From: Betaproteobacteria bacterium
GTDB taxonomy: Bacteria > Pseudomonadota > Gammaproteobacteria > Burkholderiales > Usitatibacteraceae
Assembly: GCA_016708825.1 (NCBI GenBank)
Contig: JADJEZ010000011.1
Span: forward strand, 82,171-146,170
Reading direction: 5' to 3'
DNA length: 64,000 bases
The translations under genes and the position numbers were made by a program. The notes beneath the pieces were generated by a model. It saw only the letters and a program-made list of their open reading frames with translations, was not told the origin of the DNA and made no database searches. Below, piece by piece: positions 10,344-26,680 of this stretch (positions are counted from its first letter, which is position 1; each line of letters opens with the position of its first letter).

Positions 10344-11702
10344 TCAGCGCGGAGAGTCCACCGTGACCTTCGCGCCGCCCTCGGAGAACGTGATGTCGAG
10401 CCCGTCGCCCCGGGCGACCGCTGTCCCCGATCGGATCACCGTGCCGTCGTCGGCCCGCACGATGGCGTAGCCGCGCGAAAGCACCTGCGCGGGATCGAGG
10501 TGCGACACGGAAGCCGCCGCGGCGGAGAGCCGCGCGCGGTGGTCGCGCTGCACGCGGGAGGCCGCAGCGGCGAGACGGCGCCGCAGCCTGTCCAGGTCGC
10601 GCGTGGCTTCGCGCAGCTCGGGCGCGGCGGCGCGAATTCTCGGTGCGAGGCCGCGAATCGCGGCGGCGCGCAGGCCCACGGCCTGGCGAACCTGCAGGCC
10701 CAGGCGCTTCGCCAGGGCCGCCACCTGTTCGCGGCCGCGTGCCAGGCGTTCCGCGGGCGTGAGAAGCCTTCGCGCCGAAAGATCCAGCCGCTGGGCGGCC
10801 TCGTCGACCGCGCGGATCGCCGCGCGCGCGAGGCTCGTTCGGGCGCGGCGCAGCTGCAAGGCAAGCACTTCCCGGTCCGGACTCGCCGCCGCTGCGGCCG
10901 CCGTCGGCGTGGGCGCGCGCAGGTCGGCCACGAAGTCGGCGATGGTGAAGTCGGTCTCGTGGCCCACGCCGCTCACCACGGGAATGGCCGAGCCGGCGAT
11001 GGCGCGCGCGACGCGCTCTTCGTTGAAGGCCCACAGGTCCTCGAGGCTGCCGCCGCCGCGCGCCACGATGAGTACGTCGCACTCGCGCCGGGCATTGGCC
11101 TTCTCGATCGCGCGTGCGACCTGCGCGGCCGCGCCTTCGCCCTGCACGAGCGTCGGATAGAGGATCACCGGGATCATGGGCGCGCGCCGCGCGAGCGTGG
11201 CCAGGATGTCGCGCAGCGCCGCGGCCGCGGGCGAGGTGACGATGCCGATCGTCCCCGGATGGGCGGGAAGGGGTTTGCGGCGCGCTTCGTCGAAGAGGCC
11301 CTCGCGGGCGAGCCGGGCCTTCAGCTTCTCGAAAGCCTCGAACAGCGCGCCGAGGCCCGCATGGCGCATCTGCTCCACGGCGAGCTGGTAGGCGCCGCGG
11401 GGCTCGTAGACCGTCACGCGTGCGCGCACTTCCACCTTCAGCCCGTTTTCCGGCCGGAAGTCCAGGTGCTGGGCGCGGCCCTTGAACATCGCGCAGTCGA
11501 CCGCCGCCGCCTCGTCCTTCAGGACGAAATACCAGTGGCCGGAGCTCGCGAGCGTGGCGCGGGAAATCTCCCCCGTCACCCACACCAGGCCGATCTGGTT
11601 CTCGAGCAGCTGGCGCGAGCGCCGGTCCTCGCGGGGGGGGGGGGGGCGGGGTGGACCGTGGGCGGGGCGCTTCCGGGAGGACGGGAGGGAAATCCGGTGC
11701 AT
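10344..11702 (-). CDS. xseA: exodeoxyribonuclease VII large subunit
   Basis: OB-fold N-terminus ([32 protein letters not shown]), catalytic core ([45 protein letters not shown]) and coiled-coil tail. Start is uncertain (ATG 11702 or upstream 11804), and the 5' end contains a 14-nt homopolymer. Confidence 0.85.
   Translation of the reverse strand: MHRISLPSSRKRPAHGPPRPPPPREDRRSRQLLENQIGLVWVTGEISRATLASSGHWYFVLKDEAAAVDCAMFKGRAQHLDFRPENGLKVEVRARVTVYEPRGAYQLAVEQMRHAGLGALFEAFEKLKARLAREGLFDEARRKPLPAHPGTIGIVTSPAAAALRDILATLARRAPMIPVILYPTLVQGEGAAAQVARAIEKANARRECDVLIVARGGGSLEDLWAFNEERVARAIAGSAIPVVSGVGHETDFTIADFVADLRAPTPTAAAAAASPDREVLALQLRRARTSLARAAIRAVDEAAQRLDLSARRLLTPAERLARGREQVAALAKRLGLQVRQAVGLRAAAIRGLAPRIRAAAPELREATRDLDRLRRRLAAAASRVQRDHRARLSAAAASVSHLDPAQVLSRGYAIVRADDGTVIRSGTAVARGDGLDITFSEGGAKVTVDSPR
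11633..11646. repeat. G14 (C14 on the coding strand) homopolymer inside the xseA 5' region
   Basis: Read directly: gcgGGGGGGGGGGGGGGcgggg. It encodes the PPPP run just before the conserved ..RSRQLLENQ.. segment. Confidence 0.9.
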
Positions 11703-11916
11703 TTCAGAGGGAAAGCGGGAGGCACGGAAGGGCCGGCTATCCACCGTACCGAGGGCCTCGCCGGGAGGGAGGCGCGCGCCCGCGATTCGAACGCCGCTTG
11801 ACATCCGAAAAAAACCTTAAGTGTTTGATTAAATTGCTTTAAGCGATTGCGCTCAAAAAATGAGCGGCGGAAAAAAAAGCCTTATGAGAAGGCCACTTGC
11901 CGAAGCCCCCCGCGAG

Positions 11917-11960
11917 GAATCCACAGGCTTATCCACAGGCTCTGTGGATGATTCGCCACA
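11917..11960. promoter_or_regulatory. cluster of DnaA-box-like 9-mers (one perfect TTATCCACA)
   Basis: GAATCCACA (11917-25), TTATCCACA (11929-37, perfect), tgtggatga = TCATCCACA reversed (11943-51), TTCGCCACA (11952-60). Boxes 2 and 3 form the palindrome ATCCACAG-GCT-CTGTGGAT. An AT-rich tract lies at about 11806-11890. Confidence 0.5.
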
Positions 11961-12193
11961 CCGCCCGCCTGCACCTGTCGCGGCCCGGAGACACGCGAGA
12001 ATCGACGCGACTTTCCGGGGGATTTCGGCCGCGAAGTCGCGCCGGGCCTCGATTCGGGGCCCGCGGGTCCGCCCCGGCTTAAAGTGATTTGTGAGCGCTC
12101 TTGTGTCCGTGCGAGCCTTGCGGCACTAGGGCTTGTGGAACGCGTGTCGGCAGGCGAAAATGCCGTGCGATTTCTCGCAGAGGAACTCCACGC

Positions 12194-12802
12194 GTGCTGT
12201 CGATCATCGAAGCGGCCGGCTGGCCGATCTGGTTCATCATCGCGACTTCCATCGTCGCCCTGGCCATCATCATCGAGCGATTCTGGTCGCTGCGCACGCC
12301 GCTCATCGCGCCGCGCGAGCTGCTCCCGGCGACCATCCGCGAGTACCAGGCGAAGGGCGTGACCCCGGACCTGCTCAACCGCCTGCTGCAGGGGCCCCTC
12401 ATCGGCCGCATCTTCGCCGCGGCGCTGGTCAACGAGAAGAGCCCGCGCGAGGTGATCAAGGACGCGATCGAGGACGCGGGACGCGCCGTCGCCCTCGAAC
12501 TCGAGCGCTTCCTCAACACGCTCGGCACGGTCGCCACGGTGTCCACGCTGCTCGGGCTCTTCGGCACCATCGTCGGGATGATCGAGATCTTCGGCTCGCA
12601 GACGCCGACGGGCGGCAACCCCGGGCAACTGGCGCACGGCATCTCGGTGGCCCTCTACAACACGCTCTTCGGGATCGGCGTGGCCATTCCGGCGGTGATT
12701 TTCTACCGCCACTTCCGCAATCGCGTGGACGTGCTGGTCGTCGAGATGGAGAGCCAGGCGATCAAGCTGGTCGAGATACTCCGGGGCGAACGGCGCGCAT
12801 GA
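12194..12802 (+). CDS. exbB: MotA/TolQ/ExbB-family proton channel
   Basis: VLSIIEAAGWPIWFIIATSIVALAIIIERF.., conserved LGLFGTIVGMI and ALYNTLFGI segments. GTG 12194 follows AGGAA. Located upstream of exbD-lpxK-kdsB-adk. Confidence 0.85.
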   Translation: MLSIIEAAGWPIWFIIATSIVALAIIIERFWSLRTPLIAPRELLPATIREYQAKGVTPDLLNRLLQGPLIGRIFAAALVNEKSPREVIKDAIEDAGRAVALELERFLNTLGTVATVSTLLGLFGTIVGMIEIFGSQTPTGGNPGQLAHGISVALYNTLFGIGVAIPAVIFYRHFRNRVDVLVVEMESQAIKLVEILRGERRA

Positions 12803-13215
12803 ATTTTCGCCGCGGGCGCGCGCGCGAGGAGCCGGAGATCAACCTGATCCCGCTGATCGACATCCTCATCGTCATCCTGATCTTCCTCTTCCTCACCACG
12901 ACCTACAGCCGCTTTGCCGAGCTGCAGATCAACCTGCCGGAATCGGCGGCGGAGAAGTCTCCCGACCGGCCGCAGGTGCTCTCCGTCGCCGTGGACGCGA
13001 ACGGCCGCTACGCGATCAACGGGACGGCGGTCGCGTTCGACAACCCGGCCGGGCTCGCGAGCCGCCTGCAGGACGCCGCCAAGGGCGCAAAGGAGCCGGT
13101 CGTCGCGATCAGCGCCGACGCCGTGGCCACGCACCAGTCCGTGGTGAACGTGATGGAGGCCGCGCGGCTCGCGGGCTACAACCACATCTCCTTCACCACC
13201 CAGTCCCGCAAGTAG
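12799..13215 (+). CDS. exbD: ExbD/TolR-family biopolymer transport protein
   Basis: [30 protein letters not shown].. is a typical ExbD/TolR N-terminus. ATG 12799 overlaps the exbB stop. Confidence 0.85.
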   Translation: MNFRRGRAREEPEINLIPLIDILIVILIFLFLTTTYSRFAELQINLPESAAEKSPDRPQVLSVAVDANGRYAINGTAVAFDNPAGLASRLQDAAKGAKEPVVAISADAVATHQSVVNVMEAARLAGYNHISFTTQSRK

Positions 13216-13241
13216 GGGCGGGCTCCCGGCGCGGTTCACCC

Positions 13242-14270
13242 ATGCGCGCCTGGCTCGAGGGGAATGGCAGCGCCTCGGCGGCGGCGCGCTCATCTTCCTG
13301 TCGCTCGCAGTGGCTTTCCGCCTGCTGACCACCCTGCGGGCCGCCCTCTATCGCGCCCGCATCCTGCCGTCGTGGCGGGCGCCGGTGCCTGTGATCGTGG
13401 TAGGCAACATCACGGCCGGCGGCACGGGCAAGACCCCGCTGGTCATCGCGATCGTCGACTCGCTGCGCCGTGCGGGAAGGAAGCCGGGCGTCGTCTCGCG
13501 GGGCTACGGGCGCGTGCCACCCACCGACGCCGATCCGCACGGCGTGGTGCGCGTCCTGCCCGGCGTGGCCACCCCGGAATACTTCGGCGACGAGCCGGTC
13601 CTCATCGCGCGGCGCACGCGCGTGCCCGTCTACCTCTCGCCGGACCGTCCGGCGGCGGCGCGCGCGCTCCTGGCCGCCCACCCGGAAACCGACGTCCTGG
13701 TGAGCGACGACGGCCTGCAGCACTACGCGCTGGGTCGGGACATCGAGATCGCGGTCGTCGACGGAGAGCGCGGCTTCGGCAACGGCCTGCCCCTGCCCTC
13801 GGGGCCGCTTCGCGAGCCCGTCTCGCGCCTGAGGCGCGTCGACGCGGCGGTGGTGAACGGCGGGTACTCCGACCGGGTTCCGGCTCCGCGACAGTTCGCG
13901 ATGACGCTCGCAGGCGAGCGCTTCGTCTCCTTTTCCGGCGAGGACCTCGCGCCCGAGGAGTTCGTTCCGGCAGCGCGGGGGCGTCGCATCGCGGCCGTGG
14001 CGGGCATCGGCAACCCAGGGCGCTTCTTTGCCCACCTCGGGCGGCTGGGCGTTGGCTGCCGATCGCCATCCCTTTCCCGACCACCACCAGTTCCAGCCGG
14101 CCGAGCTGCGCCTGCCGGGCGCGGAACTCGTCGTCATGACCGAGAAGGATGCCGTAAAATGCGCGGCATTCGCCGATGCGCGGATGTGGTTCCTTCGCGT
14201 CGAAGCGGTGCTGCCGCCGGATTTCGACGCCTTTCTCCTCGAACGCCTTGCCGCCCGGACCCGCCCCTGA
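13242..14270 (+). CDS. lpxK: tetraacyldisaccharide 4'-kinase, frame broken near 14050 (and possibly near 13255)
   Basis: P-loop [14 protein letters not shown], then VSRGYG, GDEP and SDDGLQH. The C-terminus ([21 protein letters not shown]) lies in ORF 14028..14270. An alternative in-frame start is GTG 13310. The tail of track ORF 13310..14449 is actually the next gene. Confidence 0.8.
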
Positions 14271-14449
14271 TGGACCCCAAGCTCCTCGAGATCCTCGTCT
14301 GCCCGATCTGCAAGGGCCCGCTCGTGCATCGTCGCGAGCCCCATGAGCTCATCTGCAGCGCCGACCGCCTCGCCTTCCCGGTCCGCGACGACATCCCGGT
14401 CATGCTCGAGGAGGAAGCCAGGAAGCTCGCGCCCGACGAGGAGGCCTGA
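14270..14449 (+). CDS. ycaR: Trm112/YcaR-family small zinc-ribbon protein
   Basis: [51 protein letters not shown] matches the UPF0434/Trm112 pattern. Its ATG overlaps the lpxK TGA (TGATG). Confidence 0.8.
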   Translation: MDPKLLEILVCPICKGPLVHRREPHELICSADRLAFPVRDDIPVMLEEEARKLAPDEEA

Positions 14450-14475
14450 CGGCGGGGGCGGGCCGGCGCGGGCCC

Positions 14476-16007
<1,532 letters not shown>

Positions 16008-16012
16008 CCGCC

Positions 16013-17320
16013 ATGCCCCGCAACGCCTTCTATGCGCAGTCCGGCGGCGTCACGGCCGTGATCAACGCGAGCGCGGCCGGCGTCATCGAGACCGCGCGCA
16101 AGCACAAGGCGAAGATCGGCAAGGTCTACGCCGGCCGCAACGGCATCATCGGCGCGCTCACCGAGGACCTGATCGACACCAGCCGCGAGCCGGCGGCGGC
16201 CATCCGCGCGCTGATGCACACGCCCGGCGGCGCCTTCGGCTCCTGCCGCTACAAGCTGAAGGGCTGGAGGAGAATCGCGCCCAGTACGAGCGGCTGATCG
16301 AGGTCTTCCGCGCGCACGACATCGGCTACTTCTTCTACAACGGCGGCAACGATTCGGCCGACACCTGCCTCAAGGTCTCGCGCATGGCGGTCGAGCTGGG
16401 CTATCCGCTCGTCGCCGTGCACGTGCCCAAGACGATCGACAACGACCTGCCGGTCACGGACAACTGCCCCGGGTTCGGCTCGGTCGCCAAGTACGTGGCG
16501 ACCAGCATGCGCGAGGCGGGCATCGACGTGGCCTCGATGGCCAAGACGTCCACGAAGGTGTTCGTCTTCGAGGTCATGGGGCGCCACGCGGGCTGGATCA
16601 CGGCCGCGGTCGGGCTCGCCCAATCGCGGCCGGACGAGGCGCCGCACATCCTGCTCTTCCCCGAGATCGCCTTCGACGAGGCGGCCTTTCTCGCGAAGGT
16701 CGACGACGCGGTGAAGCGTTTCGGCTACTGCGCCGTCGGCGTCTCCGAGGGCCTGCACGGCCCGGACGGCAAGTTCCTGTCGGAGTCGGGCCTGAAGGAT
16801 GCATTCGGCCATTCCCAGCTCGGCGGCGTGGCCCCCATGGTCGCCAACCTCGTGAAGGCGAAGCTCGGCCACAAGTTCCACTGGGCGGTGGCCGACTACC
16901 TGCAGCGCTCGGCGCGCCACATTGCCTCGAAGACCGACCTCGAGCAGTCCTACGCCGTCGGCAAGGCCGCGGTGGAGCTCGCGCTCAAGGGCATGTCGGG
17001 CGTGATGCCTACGATCATCCGGGCCTCGAGCCGGCCCTACCGCTGGAAGATCGGCGTGGCGAAGCTCGAGGACGTGGCCAACGTCGAGAAGAAGCTCCCG
17101 CGGGACTTCATCACGCCCGACGGCTTCCACATCACCGCGAAGTGCCGGCGCTACCTCGAGCCCCTGATCGCGGGCGAAGCCTTCCCGCCTTTCGAGAGGG
17201 GCCTGCCGCGCTACGTGCGCCTGAGGAACGCGCCGGTCCGCAAGAAGACGAAGAACGCCACCGCGCCGAGCGCGCGCGGCGCCCGCAACCAACCCGCACT
17301 CACGAAGCAAGGAGAAGCAG

Positions 17321-17327
<7 letters not shown>
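16013..17327 (+). CDS. pfp: 6-phosphofructokinase, probably PPi-dependent; frame broken near 16260 and again near the 3' end
   Basis: PFK motifs [40 protein letters not shown]. The N-terminus (ORF tail ..16297) joins ORF 16384.. as [23 protein letters not shown]. Neither frame 1 nor frame 2 has a stop before hppA. The only nearby stop is 17325-27 in frame 0, so the 3' end is uncertain. PPi specificity is inferred from the adjacent H+-PPase. Confidence 0.75.
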
Positions 17328-21237
<3,910 letters not shown>

Positions 21238-21366
21238 GCGGGCCTTGCGTTCCCGGTTTCCGGCCCCATGTCGGGTCGAATGCCGCACTCGCGCGTGCTA
21301 GAATCACGTGTTTTCCGGCAAGCCAAGTCCTTGCCGCATCAAGACATTCCGCCCGGAGACCCCCCC

Positions 21367-21689
21367 ATGATCGGAACCGCTTACGCCCAGGCCGCCGGCA
21401 GCCCGGCCAGGGCGACACGCTGATGGGCCTGCTGCCCATCATCCTGATGTTCGTGATCCTCTACTTCCTCATGATCCGGCCGCAGATGAAGAAGGCGAAG
21501 GAGCACAAGACGATGCTCGAAGGGCTGCAGAAGGGCGACGAGGTGGTCGCCGTCGGCATCGTCGGTCGCATCACGAAATTCAACGACAACTACGTGAGCC
21601 TCGAAGTGGCCGACAACGTCGTGATCCAGGTCCAGAAGCAGGCGGTGAACCAGCTGCTTCCCAAGGGAACCCTCAAGGAGACGCTGTAG
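21367..21689 (+). CDS. yajC: preprotein translocase subunit YajC, frame broken near 21400
   Basis: MIGTAYAQAAGSPA.. (ATG 21367) runs into a TGA. The conserved body LMGLLPIILMFVILYFLMIRPQMKKAKEHK.. is in the next frame. Together they give a typical YajC. Confidence 0.85.
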
Positions 21690-21702
21690 CGGAGGGCCTC
21701 GC

Positions 21703-23568
21703 ATGAACAAGTACCCGATCTGGAAGTACGCCATCATCGCGGTCGCGCTGCTGGTGAGCATCGTCTACGCGACGCCGAACCTCTTCGGCGAGGCGCCCGT
21801 GGTGCAGGTCTCCGGGGCGCGCGCCTCCGTGAAGGTGGACGACGCCCTGCGCGCGCAACTCGAGGCCGCCGTCAAGGCGGCGGGCATCGCGCTCGCCGGC
21901 GTCGATGTCGCGGAGGGCCAGGCGACCTTCCACTTTGCCGATACCGACACGCAGATCAAGGCGCGCGAGATCATCCAGGCCAAGGTCGGGCCGGGCTACG
22001 TGGTGGCGCTGAACCTCCAGTCGTCCACGCCCGCGTGGCTGCAGGCGCTCGGGGCCAAGCCCATGTACCTGGGGCTGGATCTCCGGGGCGGCGTGCACTT
22101 CCTGCTCCAGGTCGACATGCGCGCGGCCGCGAACAAGTCGGTGGAGCGTTACCTGGGCGACGTGAGAAGCCTGCTGCGCGACAAGAAGATCTACTACTCC
22201 GGCCTCGCCCGCGAGGGCGATCGCGTGACGATGCGCTTTCGCGAGCGCGACCAGCGCGACGCGGCGCAGAAGCTGATCGTGAAGGAAATGCCGGATCTCA
22301 CGCTTCGCGAGCAGGACGGCGGCGAGGAGTCGGTCATCGTCGCCACCATCCGGCCGGAGGTCGTGAAGCGCGAGCAGGAACTCGCCCTCCAGCAGAACAT
22401 CCAGACGCTTCGCAACCGCGTGAACGAGCTGGGCGTGGCCGAGCCCATCATCCAGCAGCAGGGAGCGGATCGCATCGTGGTGCAGCTCGCGGGCGTGCAG
22501 GATCCGGGCCGTGCCAAGGAGATCCTCGGCCGCACCGCCACGCTCGAGGTGCGAATGGTCTCGGAAGAGCACGCCTCGGGCCCCGGGCAGAACGCGTTCG
22601 CCGCCTACCAGAACCAGCCCGCGCCCTTCGGCACGGACAAGTACCTCGATGCCGAGGGCGCCACGGTGCTCGTGAAGAAGACGGTTGTCATCACGGGAGA
22701 TCGCATCAAGGACGCGCAGCCCGGATTCGACCAGCGCGACAACCGGCCCGTGGTGTCCATGCAGCTCGACGACACGGGCGGGCGCATCATGCGCCAGACC
22801 ACGCGCGAGAACCTGAAGAAGCGCATGGGGATGATGCTGGTGGAGCGCAATTCCGTCGTCGTGCTCACCTGGCCCGTGATCCAGGAGGAGTTCGGCAACC
22901 GCTTCCAGATTTCGGGCATCGGCGACGTGCAGGAGGCCCGCAACCTCGCGCTCCTGCTGCGCGCCGGCGCGCTCGCAGCCCCCATGGACATCATCGAGGA
23001 GCGCACGGTCGGCCCCTCGCTCGGCGCGGAGAACATCACCAAGGGCTTCCGCTCGGTGGTCTACGGCTTCATCGCGATCGGCCTCTTCATGATCGCCTAC
23101 TACGCCCTCTTCGGCGTGATCTCGGTGGTGGCGCTGGCGGCGAACCTGCTCTTCCTGATAGCGCTGCTCTCGATGCTCCAGGCGACACTCACCCTGCCCG
23201 GCATCGCGGCCATCGCGCTCGCGATCGGCATGGCGATCGACGCGAACGTGCTCATCAACGAGCGGGTCCGCGAGGAGTTGCGGGCGGGCATGAGCCCGCA
23301 GATGGCGATCCAGGCCGGCTACGAGCGCGCCTTCGACACGATCTTCGACTCCAACATCACGACGCTCATCGCGGGCCTCGCGCTACTCGCCTTCGGCTCC
23401 GGCCCCGTGCGCGGCTTCGCGGTCGTGCACTGCCTGGGCATCCTCACCTCGATCTTCAGCGCGGTGATGGTCTCGCGCGGCATCGTGAACCTGGTCTACG
23501 GCGGCCGCAGGAAAGTCGCGAAGGTGTCCATCGGCAACACCGAGTGGCACAAGAAGGCCGCGGCCTAG
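21703..23568 (+). CDS. secD: protein translocase subunit SecD
   Basis: 621-aa intact ORF: MNKYPIWKYAIIAVALL.., LGLDLRGGVHFLL, periplasmic domain, C-terminal 6 TM. Follows yajC. Confidence 0.95.
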   Translation: MNKYPIWKYAIIAVALLVSIVYATPNLFGEAPVVQVSGARASVKVDDALRAQLEAAVKAAGIALAGVDVAEGQATFHFADTDTQIKAREIIQAKVGPGYVVALNLQSSTPAWLQALGAKPMYLGLDLRGGVHFLLQVDMRAAANKSVERYLGDVRSLLRDKKIYYSGLAREGDRVTMRFRERDQRDAAQKLIVKEMPDLTLREQDGGEESVIVATIRPEVVKREQELALQQNIQTLRNRVNELGVAEPIIQQQGADRIVVQLAGVQDPGRAKEILGRTATLEVRMVSEEHASGPGQNAFAAYQNQPAPFGTDKYLDAEGATVLVKKTVVITGDRIKDAQPGFDQRDNRPVVSMQLDDTGGRIMRQTTRENLKKRMGMMLVERNSVVVLTWPVIQEEFGNRFQISGIGDVQEARNLALLLRAGALAAPMDIIEERTVGPSLGAENITKGFRSVVYGFIAIGLFMIAYYALFGVISVVALAANLLFLIALLSMLQATLTLPGIAAIALAIGMAIDANVLINERVREELRAGMSPQMAIQAGYERAFDTIFDSNITTLIAGLALLAFGSGPVRGFAVVHCLGILTSIFSAVMVSRGIVNLVYGGRRKVAKVSIGNTEWHKKAAA

Positions 23569-23604
23569 GGCCCGGCACCGAGACGCCCCGAAAAGGACCC
23601 GCAG

Positions 23605-24558
23605 ATGGAATTCTTCAAGATCCGGCGCACGATCCCCTTCATGCGCCACGCGCTGGTGTTCAACGTGATCTCGCTCGTCACGTTCCTGGTGTCGGTGGGG
23701 TTTCTCGCCACGCAGGGGCTGCATTTTTCCATCGAGTTCACCGGCGGGACGGTGATGGAGGTCACGCACGACAAGCCCGCGCAACCCGAGAAGATCCGGG
23801 ATGCGCTGGGTGCTGCGGGTTTCAAGGACATCAACGTGCTCAAGTTCGGCTCGTCGCAGGACGTGCTGATCCGCCTGCCGCTGAAGGCGGGCCCGGACCC
23901 CAAGGTGCAGAACGAGGAGATGCAGAAGCAGAGCAACGCCGCCGTCGAGGTGTTGAAGGGCGTGGACGCCTCCGCGAAGCTCGTGCGCACCGAGTTCGTG
24001 GGCGGGCAGGTGGGCAAGGAGCTCGCCACCGACGGGGCGCTCGCGCTCCTCATGGTGTGCGTGGGCATCATGATCTACCTCGCCTTCCGGTTCGAATGGC
24101 GCTTCGCGGTTGCCACCATCGTCGCCAACCTGCACGACGTGGTGATCATCCTGGGCGTCTTCTCCGCCTTCCAGTGGGAGTTCTCCCTGCCGGTGCTCGC
24201 GGCGGTGCTGGCGGTGCTGGGCTACTCGGTGAACGAGTCCGTGGTGGTCTTCGACCGGGTGCGGGAGAACTTCCGCAAGATGCGCCGCGCCTCCGTGGAC
24301 GAGATCATGGACGCCTCGATCACGGGGACGATCTCGCGCACCATCATCACCCACGGCTCCACGCAGATGATGGTGCTCGCGATCTTCTTCTTCGGCGGCG
24401 CGAGCCTGCACTACTTCGCGCTCGCGCTCACCATCGGCATCTGCTTCGGGATCTACTCCTCGGTGCTGGTCGCCGCCCCGCTCGCCAAGTACCTCGGCGC
24501 CTCGCGCGAGGACTTCGTGAAGCCCGAGAAGAAGACCGTCGAGCCCGTGGTGCCGTGA
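23605..24558 (+). CDS. secF: protein translocase subunit SecF
   Basis: 317-aa intact ORF: FMRHALVFNVISLV.., IEFTGGTVMEV, C-terminal TM bundle. Confidence 0.95.
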   Translation: MEFFKIRRTIPFMRHALVFNVISLVTFLVSVGFLATQGLHFSIEFTGGTVMEVTHDKPAQPEKIRDALGAAGFKDINVLKFGSSQDVLIRLPLKAGPDPKVQNEEMQKQSNAAVEVLKGVDASAKLVRTEFVGGQVGKELATDGALALLMVCVGIMIYLAFRFEWRFAVATIVANLHDVVIILGVFSAFQWEFSLPVLAAVLAVLGYSVNESVVVFDRVRENFRKMRRASVDEIMDASITGTISRTIITHGSTQMMVLAIFFFGGASLHYFALALTIGICFGIYSSVLVAAPLAKYLGASREDFVKPEKKTVEPVVP

Positions 24559-24562
24559 CGGC

Positions 24563-25207
24563 GTGGAGCTGATCGCGGGGCTCGTGGACATCGTCCTTCG
24601 CCTGGACGTCCACCTCGGTGCGCTGGTCGGCGAATACGGCGCGTGGGTGTACGCGATCCTCTTCGCGGTGATCTTTGCGGAGACGGGCCTCGTGGTGACG
24701 CCCTTCCTGCCCGGCGACTCGCTGCTCTTCGTGGCCGGGGCGCTGGCCGCCCTGGGAGGCCTGGACGTGCACATCCTCGCCGCCTCGCTCACCGCGGCGG
24801 CCATTCTCGGCAACACCACGAACTACGCGATCGGGCGCTGGCTCGGGCGGCGCTACTTCGACGCGGGCGCCTCGCGCTGGTTGCGGCGCGAGTACCTCGA
24901 TCGCACCCACGCCTTCTACGAGCGCCACGGCGGCGTCGCCGTGGTGATCTCGCGGTTCGTTCCGATCATCCGCACCTACGTGCCCTTCGTGGCGGGGCTG
25001 GCCCGGATGGGGCCGGGCCGGTTCACCGCCTACAACGTGGGCGGCGCCGTGCTCTGGGTGGCCTCGCTCGCATACGCGGGCTATTTCTTCGGCAACCTCC
25101 CCTGGGTACGGGCGAACCTTTCGCTCCTGATCGTGGCGATCATCATTGCGAGCCTCGTGCCGCTCGCCCTGGCCGCGTGGAAGTCGCGCCGCGCGGCCGG
25201 GACCTGA
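24563..25207 (+). CDS. DedA-family inner membrane protein
   Basis: FAETGLVVTPFLPGDSLLFVAGALA, NYAIGRWLG, SRFVPIIRTYVPFVAG match the SNARE-associated/DedA signature. Confidence 0.85.
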   Translation: MELIAGLVDIVLRLDVHLGALVGEYGAWVYAILFAVIFAETGLVVTPFLPGDSLLFVAGALAALGGLDVHILAASLTAAAILGNTTNYAIGRWLGRRYFDAGASRWLRREYLDRTHAFYERHGGVAVVISRFVPIIRTYVPFVAGLARMGPGRFTAYNVGGAVLWVASLAYAGYFFGNLPWVRANLSLLIVAIIIASLVPLALAAWKSRRAAGT

Positions 25208-25239
25208 CATTCGCGGCCGACTGCGCCCGGAGACCTCCC

Positions 25240-25686
25240 ATGCCGGTTCTCGACTCCCACGTCTTCGACATCACGCGCGCGATCCAGCTCGCGGTCGCGC
25301 CCGTGTTCCTGCTCACCGCGATCGGCACGCTCATCAACGCGCTCACGGGCCGGCTGGGCCGGGCGGTGGACCGTCGCCGCACGCTGGAAGAGCTGCTGTC
25401 CGCATTCGAGGGAGAGACGCGGGCATCGATGGTGCGCGAGCTGGCGATACTCGCCACGCGCATCAAGCTCGTGCTCTGGGCCATGGCTTCGGCCGTGCTT
25501 TCGGCGCTGCTGGTGTGCCTGCTCATCGGCACGGCGTTTCTCGGCGCGTTCGTGGCGCTGGATCTTTCCCGCCCCGTGGCGATCCTCTTCGTGCTGGCCA
25601 TCGGCGTGCTCACGCTCTGCCTGCTCGCGTTCCTGCGCGAGGTCTTCCTCGCCGCCGCCACGGATCGCGCCCGCTTCGTCGCGTGA
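25240..25686 (+). CDS. DUF2721-family membrane protein
   Basis: ITRAIQLAVAPVFLLTAIGTLINALTGRLGRAVDRRRTLEE plus two further TM helices. ATG 25240 lies within track ORF 24643..25686. Confidence 0.65.
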   Translation: MPVLDSHVFDITRAIQLAVAPVFLLTAIGTLINALTGRLGRAVDRRRTLEELLSAFEGETRASMVRELAILATRIKLVLWAMASAVLSALLVCLLIGTAFLGAFVALDLSRPVAILFVLAIGVLTLCLLAFLREVFLAAATDRARFVA

Positions 25687-25693
25687 CGTTGCG

Positions 25694-26664
<971 letters not shown>

Positions 26665-26680
26665 CTATGATACCTGCCGC

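Noticed and set aside
10039-11583. 514-aa minus-strand ORF
   Set aside because: Only the last 80 codons (dodecin) are credible. The upstream part is an alternate frame of xseA.
11806-11960. Calling the DnaA-box/AT-rich region the chromosomal origin (oriC)
   Set aside because: There is only one perfect box and three degenerate ones. No dnaA/dnaN/gidA/parAB context is present, I can find no repeated 13-mer DUE, and GC-skew cannot be assessed from one window. I kept it only as a candidate DnaA-binding regulatory site.
11860-12087. 75-aa ORF in the xseA-exbB intergenic region
   Set aside because: It has no RBS and a low-complexity Arg/Pro/Ser composition, and it spans the DnaA-box palindrome. 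It is more likely non-coding.
22035-24572. 845-aa plus-strand ORF overlapping secD/secF
   Set aside because: It is an alternate frame of two well-supported intact genes and has an Arg/Gly/Pro-rich artefact composition.
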